Of a DNA stretch of 64,000 bases, positions 1 to 11,092 are shown piece by piece. Position 1 is the stretch's first letter. Each line of letters opens with the position of its first letter. This DNA comes from Azolla caroliniana. Its lineage: Eukaryota > Plantae > Polypodiophyta. The notes beneath the pieces are model-generated. The model searched no databases and was not told the origin of the DNA. It saw only the letters and a list, made by a program, of their open reading frames with translations. Location: positions 22,134,001-22,198,000 of the forward strand of contig JBHGNT010000007.1 in the NCBI GenBank assembly GCA_043228905.1, given 5' to 3'. A program made the position numbers and the translations under genes.

Positions 1-370
1 ATGTGGATAAGTGTGAGGGTTAAACGAGAGTGTAAAGAAGGGGAGGATTACTTGTAATCCTCAGGATTGAGACAACCCATTAGGCCACTTGCATGGGGGC
101 CTTGGGTATCACTATAAATAAGAGGCCTAACTACCCTCATTTGATCATCTTTTGACTACGTCGAGACTCTGTTTCATGGTGGTTCAACTCTTGTAGCAAG
201 TGCGCCAGCACCAGGTACGACACAATGCCATAGCGGTGGTATGGGACGCCAATCGAGGCTCGAGTCCATGTCCATTTCGGCACCCTTCTTTCTCTCTCTC
301 CTTTCTATCTATCTAGCTATCATTCTTTTCTCCTTATCATACACTTACATTAGATCATATCTCTAATACA
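1..370 (+). mobile_element. Probable 3' part of an LTR nested into the copia pol region
   Basis: TATAAATA near 113-120, a CT-rich tract, and an end at ...CTCTAATACA (370). This is exactly where the minus-strand copia pol frame (...KINTLYL) is cut off. Confidence 0.45.
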
Positions 371-2189
371 TCAGGTACAATGTGTTGATCTTCTAGGCTC
401 GAGCCACAATCAGGCTTCCTTTGCTAAATTTCATGACTCCGTTCCGGATGCTACCCCATGTAGCCTTCATCATCTAGCCGACCGGTTGATATCAGGTTCA
501 ACCGAACCTCCGGAACGTGTTGGACATCCTTTAGCAGCGGCTTGCACCCGGTTGATGTCATCAACCACACATGTCCTATGCCAACGATTCGGCAGGTACC
601 TTCATTCCCCATCCGGACACAACCATGATCTTCAGCTGTGTAGGATGAGAAGCATTTCGAGTCTGGTGTCAGTCAAATGGAACGACGCTCCAGAATTGAC
701 AACCCACGTTGTCTCGTCGCTGACAAGAGCTCGCTCTCCTCAGCAATGAGCATCAATTCTTCTTCACTTGTCACAATCGTTGATGTTCCTTTTCTCTCCG
801 AACCTTTCTGGTCCAAACCTTTCTTCGAATCGGCACTGTCGGTTCCTTTCTCTTTCCTGAAATTCTGATAGTTCCCTAGCTTTCCGCAATAAAAGCAAGT
901 GGGCCTTCCCCTTGACTTCGACCTCGTCCCCGATTTTTCCCGGTATTGGGGACTCTGATACCGGCCTCTTCCCCGGTTATGGTCATCATCCGTGACCAAG
1001 ACCTTCGGATCAGTTCCGGACTCCTAATCCTTCCGGCAAGTTTCTTCATCTAGCAAGCTTGATTTTACCTTTGCTAGGGACAATTGCTTTCCTTCCGGCC
1101 CGGCGTTGCCCAAAGTGACAACTAACGTCTCCCAACTATCCGGGAGGGAACCGACCAGGAGCAATGCAAGTACCTCGTCGGCTAGAGGTACTTCGAGCAA
1201 AGTTGTTTGGTTTATGAGCCCCTGAAATGCGTTCATGTGCTCCGCCATGCTGGATCCGTCCCGGTATCGGAGTTTCACTAACTTCCGGAATACCGAAACC
1301 CGATTTACGGCGTTTTTACTCTCCAGCATGGTGCCGATTTTTTCCCAAAGCACATGAGCCTTACTTTCTTCATTGAAGTTGTTGTACAGGCTCATGTCGA
1401 TGAAGCACCGTATGTATGTCGTTGTCTTCATGTGCATCACCTCCCATGTCCCGGCATCAATCTTATCTGGTTTCTTATCCCCGAACTGTACCAGCAACCA
1501 GAGATCCTTGACCACGAGCATATCCCTCATCTTCGACTTCCACACTAGGTAGTTGGAGCGGGTGAGCTTGAACATGCTGCCGAATGATTCTTCCATTTCC
1601 TTTGTATGCTTTGATACCAGATTGTGCGGAAATAATGCTCGGCCACAACTGAGTCTTCAACAAGCAATAGAAGAGAACAAACTAAAACCGAGATGACATA
1701 GGACATTAACGTGGAAATCCCTAAATGGGAAAAACCACAGGAGCCCATAGACTCCAACTATCACTATGAGAGGAGGAATAGAATGTGAGACTCAGAGGCA
1801 ACGACCTCGAGCTCTATGTCTTCGCCAAACCGGTGGTTACAATAGAAAACTAGTTCTCTATCTCTCTCTCCCTCTCTCACTCTCTATATACAACAATATA
1901 CAACAACACCATATCACTACACTCACTTAACTACATAAAGTGATTGCCCTAAGTCATATTTATACTTATATGAATTTAGGGCTATTTACAAATATAGCCT
2001 CGATGGGCTCACCATGAAACATATGTACACATATGTCCTTGGATCCGGTTTGCACCGGATCCATCCGGATTCACTCGATCCGGTTTCCGAGCCTCATCCG
2101 GAACCCTTTCAGTTCGTCCATCCGCCTCGTCTGATCCGACTCCTTTGGTTCTCATCTTGATCCTATCCGGAGGGACCGAATTCCCAACA
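371..2189 (-). mobile_element. Ty1/copia LTR retrotransposon, 5' half (LTR, PBS, gag, protease), degenerate
   Basis: LTR 2189-1623 (TGTTGGGAA...GCACA) is followed by the tRNA-Met PBS TGGTATCAAAGC (about 1619-1608). Gag ORF 1024-1596, damaged zinc knuckle CFYCGKLG, protease motif WVVNSGASFH and downstream HVPEVRLNLISTGRLDDEG. Confidence 0.9.
1024..1596 (-). pseudogene. Copia gag (UBN2-type) remnant
   Basis: NYLVWKSKMRDML and ALLLVGSLPDSWETLVVTL are typical copia gag motifs. A stop occurs before the zinc knuckle. Confidence 0.85.
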
Positions 2190-2459
2190 ACAACCACAAC
2201 CTTCTCAACGGTGCACAAAAGGAACATTACTTCGGAAACCTCCATTGATTCATGTACAAGAAGTCCAGTTGAATTATTATGTCGTTTCACATAGCTCTAT
2301 CGATTCATGTACATGAAGGCTATACTTTGTTTAGTACACACCTCATCATTGGACACTTCTATCAATTTTTGTGCATGAAGGCTAGACTCTTTTAAGGACA
2401 CACACCTCATCTCCTTGAATCAGGGTGCAGCCGGGGTTGAACCGATGACCTATCAGACT

Positions 2460-3125
2460 ATAGTCCTTAAAAGGGCTGACAAAAGTACTGACATGTACTT
2501 CAACGCTCATACGAGCAACTAACACTAACTCCAAGGAATATGATTACGTATTAGGCTCGAACCGTAGGCTCAAATGGCCTACTGGTTTTGATTATTCCAG
2601 GGTATGATCTGGTTCTCCAATCCGGGTACCTATCCGGTTCTCTGTCCAGATACCAATCCGGCTCTAGCTTATTTAGCCGATCCATATTCGGTTGAGCTTG
2701 CTTGCTCAACACTCCCCCTCAAGCTCAACTTGAGGTCGGATCGCTATGTGTGTCCACCAGTCCTTTCCTCTGTCTCCTCCTGGCGTCTTCCCGCCTAGCT
2801 CGTGCTCCTCGTCCAGTTCGGTTCCTTTTCCCACGACCCATCTGGTTCCGCGCCTTTGGACCTTCTCGGTCGGCTTGTCTGCTCAACATGCCCATCTCAG
2901 CTCTTCCGTTGTTGCGACTTCGGCGCTTCTCGACCCGTCGGTTCCTCCGTGTTGGTGTCAACTTCCGTGACCTCCCTTCCGTTTGGCCTTCTTCTGATTC
3001 AGCTCCTCCGAATGGAACTCGTCTTCCGAATCGGCTGTCTCTGATTCGTTCCAACTCTTGTCCGAATTGGCTGTCTCCAATTCGTCTTCAACCTTCAAGC
3101 CCTTCACCACATCAAACCACGTCTA
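2460..3125 (-). mobile_element. 3' fragment (spacer, PPT, partial 3' LTR) of the same copia family as 32244-37537
   Basis: PPT TTGAGGGGGAG (2722-2712) is followed by TGTTGAGCAAGCAAGCTCAACCG, matching the LTR start TGTTGAGCGAGCAAGCTCAACCG at 32244. Bases 3125-3035 align with 37260-37348. Confidence 0.85.
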
Positions 3126-3499
3126 TCAGGGCCATAGCCAAAGAGAAATTTAAAATGAAGAAAAGAATGAGAAGTAGAAAATAAGAGAGGAATGAGGGAG
3201 AAATAAGATGTTGAAAATGGATTAACAATGAGAACAAGGGTTACAATAGCAATGAGAACAAGGGTTATAAGAGTATGCCGAAGACTAGTGTTGAACCGGA
3301 ATGGTTCATCAATAGTTCGATATATGTTTATATAGCATGCTTTGGATACATGCATGCTCGCCACCTCATAGGCATGCATGCTCGCCATTTTTCATTCATG
3401 CAAGCATGACACTTGGTAATCATGCGTTAGTCTATGCGGTGGCGACGTTTCATACTATTATATATGTTTTTTCTTGATCTAATATAAGAATTTACAATT

Positions 3500-4240
3500 T
3501 AATAAATGTAATATAATGTATCCTAGTGGTTGAAGTTATACATCATCTTTGAGGGGGTCATGGTTTGAATCTCTATTACGAGTCTCAAAGTTCTGGCATA
3601 TGTTCATGACATTATCCCCTTCCTTTGAGTTCCATGAGTCGCAATGCACGAACTAGGAGTTGACTTATTTGGATATCATCGATGAAATTCAACTACAAGT
3701 TCTAAATTGGTATTATTGAGATTTTCAACTGGCCATCCGCAGGTGTATAACCCAACCAATCAACCAAATAATACAATTTGTTCTTCAGTACTTTGCAGTC
3801 CAAAATGGATTTGACTTCATATTCAAAGCCTTCATCAAGCTCAATAGGAGGTGGAGGGGGAACACTGCGATCTGGAATAGAGTTTGAAGCATAAGGTTCC
3901 AAGAGTGAGACAAGGAACACTGGATGAATACTCATATGATGAGGGAGATTGAGATGAAATGCAAAATGGATTTGACTTCATATTCAAAGCCTTCATCAAG
4001 CTCAATAGGAGGTGGAGGGGGAACACCGCGATCTGGAATAGAGTTTGAAGCATAAGGTTCCAAGAGTGAGACAAGGAACACTGGATGAATACTCATATGA
4101 GGAGGGAGATTGAGATGAAATGCAACTTCATTGATCTGTTTAGTGATTAAATATGGACTAGGACGTTGATGATCCAACTTGTTACAAGGCCTAGTGGTCT
4201 TCACATTATGTCGTAAGAGCCATACACGATATCCAACCTC
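3500..4240 (-). mobile_element. Ty3/gypsy chromovirus 3' fragment (integrase GPY/F region, chromodomain, PPT, partial 3' LTR)
   Basis: KLDHQRPSPY...IHPVFLVSLLEPY and chromodomain EYEVKSILDCK...YYLVDWLGY. PPT GGAAGGGGATAA is followed by the LTR start TGTCATGAACA at 3611. Confidence 0.85.
3801..4122. repeat. 161-bp direct tandem duplication inside the chromovirus fragment
   Basis: 3801-3961 and 3962-4122 are nearly identical. Confidence 0.95.
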
Positions 4241-7200
4241 TAGTCAACATGGGTAATGCATATTTCCGAAATTTCTAAAATACTTTCTCATAATGATCTC
4301 AAGCATATTCTTATACATGGCTAACCTTTTGGCATTCATAGTATGATGTGTGGTCCTAGTCTTCCTTCACATGAGTGCAATGTTGCCATGCGGCATGATT
4401 ATTAGTCATTATGTATCCTTATTAGAGGAATAGTAGTATAAAGAAAAATTTTAGACATACAACTGATGATTCATCAACAACAATGAAATCTTCATTATAC
4501 GACGATGGATACTTTGCTTAATTTTTTATTTTTCAAAGAGCCCAAGTGATTAGAGGATAAAATAAAGGGATTATTGAGATCCTCAAGATAACCTAAAACA
4601 CATTCAAGACTATTAAAATGAGAGATAAATAGATAGGCAGATTCTATTATCATCTTAGGAGGTCAAATATGGCCTATGCGGCCAAAAATATTAACATTTC
4701 ACATGACACATGTGAAAGTGAGTAGTGAATCTCAATGTTCAAGAACTTTACCAATGAATGTTACGATCGAGAGTGCACATTGTGGTTGTGAGAGAACTGT
4801 GTGCAAGGATTGGGTTTGGTCGAATATATGTGGAAAGCATGATCCAATATGATCAAAGGTATGGATGTGAAAGTTGAAACCCTTCTCTTCTAAAAGTTTT
4901 ACAACAATTTAGGGGTTCTTGGGCCCACCCCAATGTGATGTTAGCATTATGGTCACATGTTATCCTTTTTTCCTGACATCATGATGTATTTTAATGAAAT
5001 GAGGTTTATAAAAGTGAATTGTTGGGTTCTACAACATCCAATGGTCATGCATAACCCGTTTTTTAGCATCTTATCATACTCTAATAAAATGCATTTTACG
5101 AAAAAAGAAAGTAAGTAAGAGACTTATAGAATGTGTGGGGTTAGGTCATAATCCTTTTTGAAAAATTGGTGAGGGTTGATCTTATAAGATCAACAACATA
5201 TGGATGTATATGAATGCAACATTATTTAAATAAATGTACATACATCACCAAAATGTTTTCGCCAAGACTCTCATGATCATCAACCTCAAATACTTAAGAT
5301 GGCTACCAGTTTCATTTAGTACAAACTATGTATGTCTCAAAAAGATAGTGGGTCCATAACTCATTGATAATGTGTGCACATGAAACTAATCTCTATATTA
5401 CATAGGGATCTTATCCCTGATAAAAAAAGAGAAAGTGATTCAAACATTAAATTAGCATGGCCTTTTATTGAATGTAGAGGTTATGGTATCACATATATTT
5501 CGTGAATTTAAACACAATTAGTTAAGCACATCACATGGCCCAAAATATCTTCAATAATGCTTGCCTTCACAAAAGACTTGAAGTGGTGGTGGTTAATAAT
5601 CCTGATGGATTTTGATATGTGGAGGTTAGAAAGACACATACATAAAAAATGGATTAGCCTCACTTCCATATATTTTGCTTTCTTTTCTCATTGGTTACTT
5701 CACATTTTAGTATAAAATGAATCATGAGAAAGTGAGAGTATTCGGCGTTGCTTAAGCAAAACCAATAACTTACATATTTAAACAAAAAGCCCGTTTTATT
5801 GCATTCTTTGTGGAAAGAAACAATAAAGTTTGTTCTAGAAAAGATTGATAGGATTCTAATTTATTTGAATTGGTTGACATTGGGAATTTTGTTTGTGTGT
5901 GCATGCATTGCTTTTCATTCAATATGAACATTGAGGTGTCTATATAATGATATATTGCCCAACGTCATTGGTGATGACTTGTGGCATTCAATAGCATTGT
6001 TAAAATAGAAGCTAATACATAATAATCATACCATGATATAATAACTCTCGTCTCTAAGCTCCAAACTAGCCATCTATTCCCAAAAAATAGAACAATGAAA
6101 CATTTATAGAGGACCAAGAAGATGATAATTTAGTTGGACCTACCAATTGGCATACACAAGTTGAGTGTAACATTGATGATTATGTTTCATATAAGTTCGA
6201 AGGAAAATAACATAATGAAGGATCTGCAAACTTCTATTTGATATCCTCTTACTATCTCTAAATGGTGATTCATGAAGATTGTTTTTGTAAATGCATAAAC
6301 CTTAAACATTTTTGCTTTTTTCCTCCGTGTTAGGGGCCAATTGGTCCAGGAACTAGTGACTTGAGTTTTCAACATAAGGAACAAACCCCACTTGATATCA
6401 CCCATCTCTATCTACCTATGTATATTCCAATTTTTTACATGAAGAGGATGTCCCTGCTTACTTTTCAATAACTAGCATACATGATTCCATAAGGGAGTGC
6501 TCCCCATCTTGGAGTCATTTGTGTGTGTGCATTTACATGAAAAAGGAAATGATGAGAATAATAAATGTTGCCGAAAATGGATATTTTCAAAGATAAAATC
6601 AAGCAAAGCTTTGCTTGGGATTCTAGTTCTTGCAATTTGAACATCTGCTTTCGGTGGACTTCCATTTTTAAAGTTGGGGATGTGATTGGGGGCATTATGT
6701 GGTGAGATTTGATGATGAGAAGGAAAACATTTGCACCCAATATTTCATCTCTCTCTCTACCCTAACTTTATCTCTTTTGTCAACAAAACTTATCTCTTAG
6801 CTTCTCTCCCTCCCTCCCTCTTGTTACACCTTCCAAACTTAGCTTTTCTTTTGGGATGTGTGGATGCATTGCTTGCTTTGAGGTGGGGCTAAATTTAGTT
6901 TGCTTATTGACCTTATAATCAATCTGAGTATGTGCGCGCACGCGTGTGTCTCATGATTTAGTGGCTTTTACACCGTAGCATCAATGTCATAAAAATTGAG
7001 AGAGCCCAAGTACGAGCCTAGTCCATGGGTCGGCCCCATTCCATATAGATCTTAACAAGTGTCCATTTGGGCTCGGTGTCGTCCTAGGTATTCCTATAGA
7101 TCATATTGACGTCTCGTGGAAAATTCTAATCTCTCTCAATCAAATTTGTATATAACACTAGTATGTAGAGTTTGCATCAAATTTGGTCTCTTTTGGTAAC

Positions 7201-7380
7201 AATACATGAAACAATAAGAGTTCCTCTAACTTAAACTTTCTCTCCCATCCCCTGTTTCTCTAACAAGAAGAGTTCCTCTCAAACTCAAACTTTCTCTCTC
7301 ATCCCCTGCTTTTCTGCACATCTATTGTTTGCATCTCCATTAGTATATGCTAATTGAGTAAACACAATATTCATCTTCAC

Positions 7381-7412
<32 letters not shown>

Positions 7413-7414
<2 letters not shown>

Positions 7415-7973
7415 GGCCAGCACTAGACTTGGACCTATTGAAGAAGCAATTGGGAAGTTTGAGTCATCCTCCCATTACCACAATCATCATGACTATGAAG
7501 TCGAAGATGATTCAGATGGTGATAACTCAAAGAGCTTGAGCATTCAACAATGGCTAGCAAGCATGGTAACAAAGCTACTCCGACAATTCGGGCGGCCTCG
7601 TCACATCCGAGCACGGGGCTATAAGAGACTAAACAACAAATTCAGCACACGGCTCGGCCGCCCACATGCTATAAGGTCTGGCTCACAATCACATGGCTCT
7701 CTCCCGGGCCGGATACGAATCCAAGCCAAACCCCGTGTCAGGTGGCGAAGGTTCGTGCCGCTTTCGCCCTCAGCACTAATGACTAGGATCCGGAATGCAT
7801 ATGTAAGGTTGCTCTTAGCCGCGGAAGCGAAGATGAGCTTACAAGGTGGCATTTCCATGGCTCCATTTGGCTCTTCTTCCACTAGGGCCAGTTTCTTCCC
7901 ACCAAACCTCCCTAAAGAATATGATCCCAAGGTCTTGGTCCAACTCTATGCATCCTCTCTAAAACAATGTTAG
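7413..7973 (+). CDS. Intronless uncharacterised conserved plant protein (186 aa, basic)
   Basis: ATG follows a (CT)n tract. Motifs RGYKRL, RIRNAYVRLLL and PKEYDPKVLVQLYASSL resemble, from memory, a family of small uncharacterised land-plant proteins. Confidence 0.75.
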
Positions 7974-10826
7974 TTCCCACACACACATCATATATGTATG
8001 CATATGTACCCAAAATCATGTTCACTAGTGTCTCTTCAAACTATAAATCTTACCTCTCCTCTAGATTTCTAACCATTTACAATTCACTTCTTCCTCTAGT
8101 TACTCTTTTCTTGTTGGTACCTTACCCCTAGCCAAGACAAATCTACCAACAAGTTTCACACATAGTCTTGTTTATATCTGACATGTGAGGACGATATGAC
8201 ATTCTCACGACCTCATCTCTCGAAACCTCGACCTTTGAACTCGCACTCATTTCCTCCTTTGCCATGCCATGCCATCACTCCTACATCCTCCTTGGGAGGA
8301 ATGGGTAATCCAAGAAAAGTGTTGCGTATTTTCGGTATCTCCAAAAGAATTCATCGGTGGTCTTCATGTAACCAGAGTCACAATATCCCTGCTCTCCACG
8401 TAAGGAGTCATCATCACCAACACATCTTGAAGAATTTACTCTTCTACCTCCCCAAGTAGCTAGAGACTCATTTGTCTAGCCCATTCTTGCGTTTTATTGT
8501 TTATTCATGCCTCGAGGAAATTGTTTTGTTGCGACATACCCAAGTTTATTTCCTCTATATCAAGTCTTGATAGATGTATTCAATTTATATTCAACTTTAC
8601 TACACATATCAGTGTCCAATCTCATGTTTAATTTAATTAAAATAACTCACTTCTTTTTATGGAGATGTTCTCAATTTACATTCAATATGACACAGATACT
8701 TCATAATACATATCATAAAGTGTATTTTTATGTTGACTTGAATATTCGGTAGTTGGTTTGTCACATGCAACATGATTAACTAATGCATTATCAAACCTAT
8801 ATTATTTGTCATATTTTGAATGAATTCAAGGGCAAGGTCTAACTTTTCTTTTCCTTTTGCCTCCCGCACACCATGTGATTTGCCCTCTTTTTTAGGACCT
8901 CCTACCCTACATGTATAGAGGCATTAGACATCCATTATACATGAGATGAACCTAGAGTGTTGTAGGCTTATTGAACTACAACAATATAAAAGAATTTTGG
9001 TTATAGAATGGCCAATCTTGTTCATTTGCTTCTAATCAACGGTCAATAGAGACATTCCTTTGGTCAAACAATGCAACTAGAAGTTCAATACATACTCTTT
9101 TGTGGGATTATAATATCAACATGTATCTTGTGCTATATATACCTCATTGGGCTCTCATAGAGAAGAAAATGAGATCTACTCATAGACACCAAACAAGCCT
9201 CTATATTCCACATTTAAATATTCACACAAACACTTGGAAAATCCTTCCATAAAGGGCTTGCGGTCAAAGTCTCTTAGCAATGTGGTTCATGGTTATGTTG
9301 GTGATCATAAAAATTTCGCAATGTTCCCCTATTTTCCTTTTGCAAACTCAATGTTTTTTAGTGCAACAATTTTCCTATCCAAATAATAGCCTTCTTCAAA
9401 TGGACACCACAAATAGTCATCCATCACTATGATATGGAAAACGATATGCCCTTCAAATGAACATCACATATCTCGTGAGATTTACGATATCTCACGACAA
9501 TGTAGAATTGAATCATGGAATTTTTGGCAAAGTGTCAATGTAGGTGAAATTGACATTCTTGAAATGGACATTCTTGAAAACAAATGACATTATAGGTGAA
9601 ATTGACATTCTTGAAATGGACACACACAAATTCCAATGGAGTACACCACCGTCAATCATTTGTTTTCCTAGATGGCAAAAGGATATACCCTTCTAGTGGA
9701 CACCAAAAACTCTAGGAAGCATTTCATTTGGCTTCACAAAAAACATGTAAAGTTTTATGGCATGTTTCCCAATCATCCTAAGAATGACACCCTCTAGAAA
9801 GAGATGGCTCGATAGTCAATTCGGATGACCCTAACTATTTTTAGTCACTTAGTAAATTGGATTTTCAGCTATAATAACATTCACATAACTTAGCTTTAAG
9901 CCCGAAGGCACTAAATTGATGTAACTATGTATTTTTATCAATAATATTACAACACCATCTCTACCATAGACTTTACTATAGATAACTAGAACCTGTGTTG
10001 TGAACACAACTAACTATAGCAAGAAAGTCCAATAAAAGTTGTGTATGATTAAAAAGTTAGGAATACTCTACTCATGGACCTCCTCGAGGTGTTGTTCATT
10101 GGACAATGATGGACCTAGCTCTAACGATAGGATGATCTGTTTTAGGATGTTGTACAATTTGTACATTACCTGATACATGGTTAGGATGGGTAATGTTGAG
10201 CAACATTTTCTCGAAGGGGTGGTTTCTTTTACTTAGATCATTAAGCATGGGAGCTCGAGGAAAGATAATCTAAGCCATTAGATAAAAAGGTAGGCATAAT
10301 AGTGCCCATGTGACTTGGAGGAACTAGTTCTAGAAAAAACAAAATCTAACCAAGATGATCTAAATTATGCATTAACATATCCAAATGATACTCACCTAAG
10401 ATTGACAATATCATAAACCAATTTCCTTTGCATACGATGCAACGAAAGAGAGAACAAAGAGCAGGTGGACATTTCCCTATAAAAACAAAGTGGCTTTGTG
10501 CCATGTTGAAGATCGACGAAATGGCCCAAGCAAGAGACAACTTAGCAAAATTTAGTAATTTACCCTGATAGCATGGCCTAGGAGTAACTATGGCATTGGC
10601 ATTAACTTAATGGCCCGACCACCACCCGGCGTCATTGGACAACATGACAAATCAAAATTTCTTCGGCACTAGATGCAACGAGAGTCCACGAGAGAGAATC
10701 AAAATTTCTTCGACACTAGATGCAAAAGAGAAACCTTGAGAGATGATCATGTCCGTCGAGCCTCGGAGGGAGCGGTTACTCGGTATGCATTGCTCGAAAA
10801 CATATCTATACCAAATGATGAGGAGG

Positions 10827-10879
10827 TGATGGTGATGGTGATGGTGATGGTGATGGTGATGATGATGATGATGATGATG
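10827..10879. repeat. (GTGATG)n/(GAT)n microsatellite
   Basis: Seen directly in the sequence. Confidence 0.9.
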
Positions 10880-11092
10880 TAACTACCCACATGGTTAGTG
10901 GTTAGCAAAGAAACAGCATATCCATAAGAGTAGGATGTTCTGCATTTTGCTTGTGTATATGGTATAGGTACTCAGTTCATGGTCCAATTCGTGTGTGAGC
11001 ATAGACAACTCTTGAAGCAATGGAGGAAGATGGCACATATACAACACAGGTAGACAAGGAAGAAGAAGAAGAAGAAGAAGAAGAAGAAGGTG

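Noticed and set aside
4250-6750. Possible decayed TE coding sequence
   Set aside because: I could not recognise any diagnostic motif or termini.
9540-9622. Repeated TTGACATTCTTGAAA units, superficially CRISPR-like
   Set aside because: Irregular tandem duplication with no unique equal-length spacers, no cas genes and a eukaryotic context.
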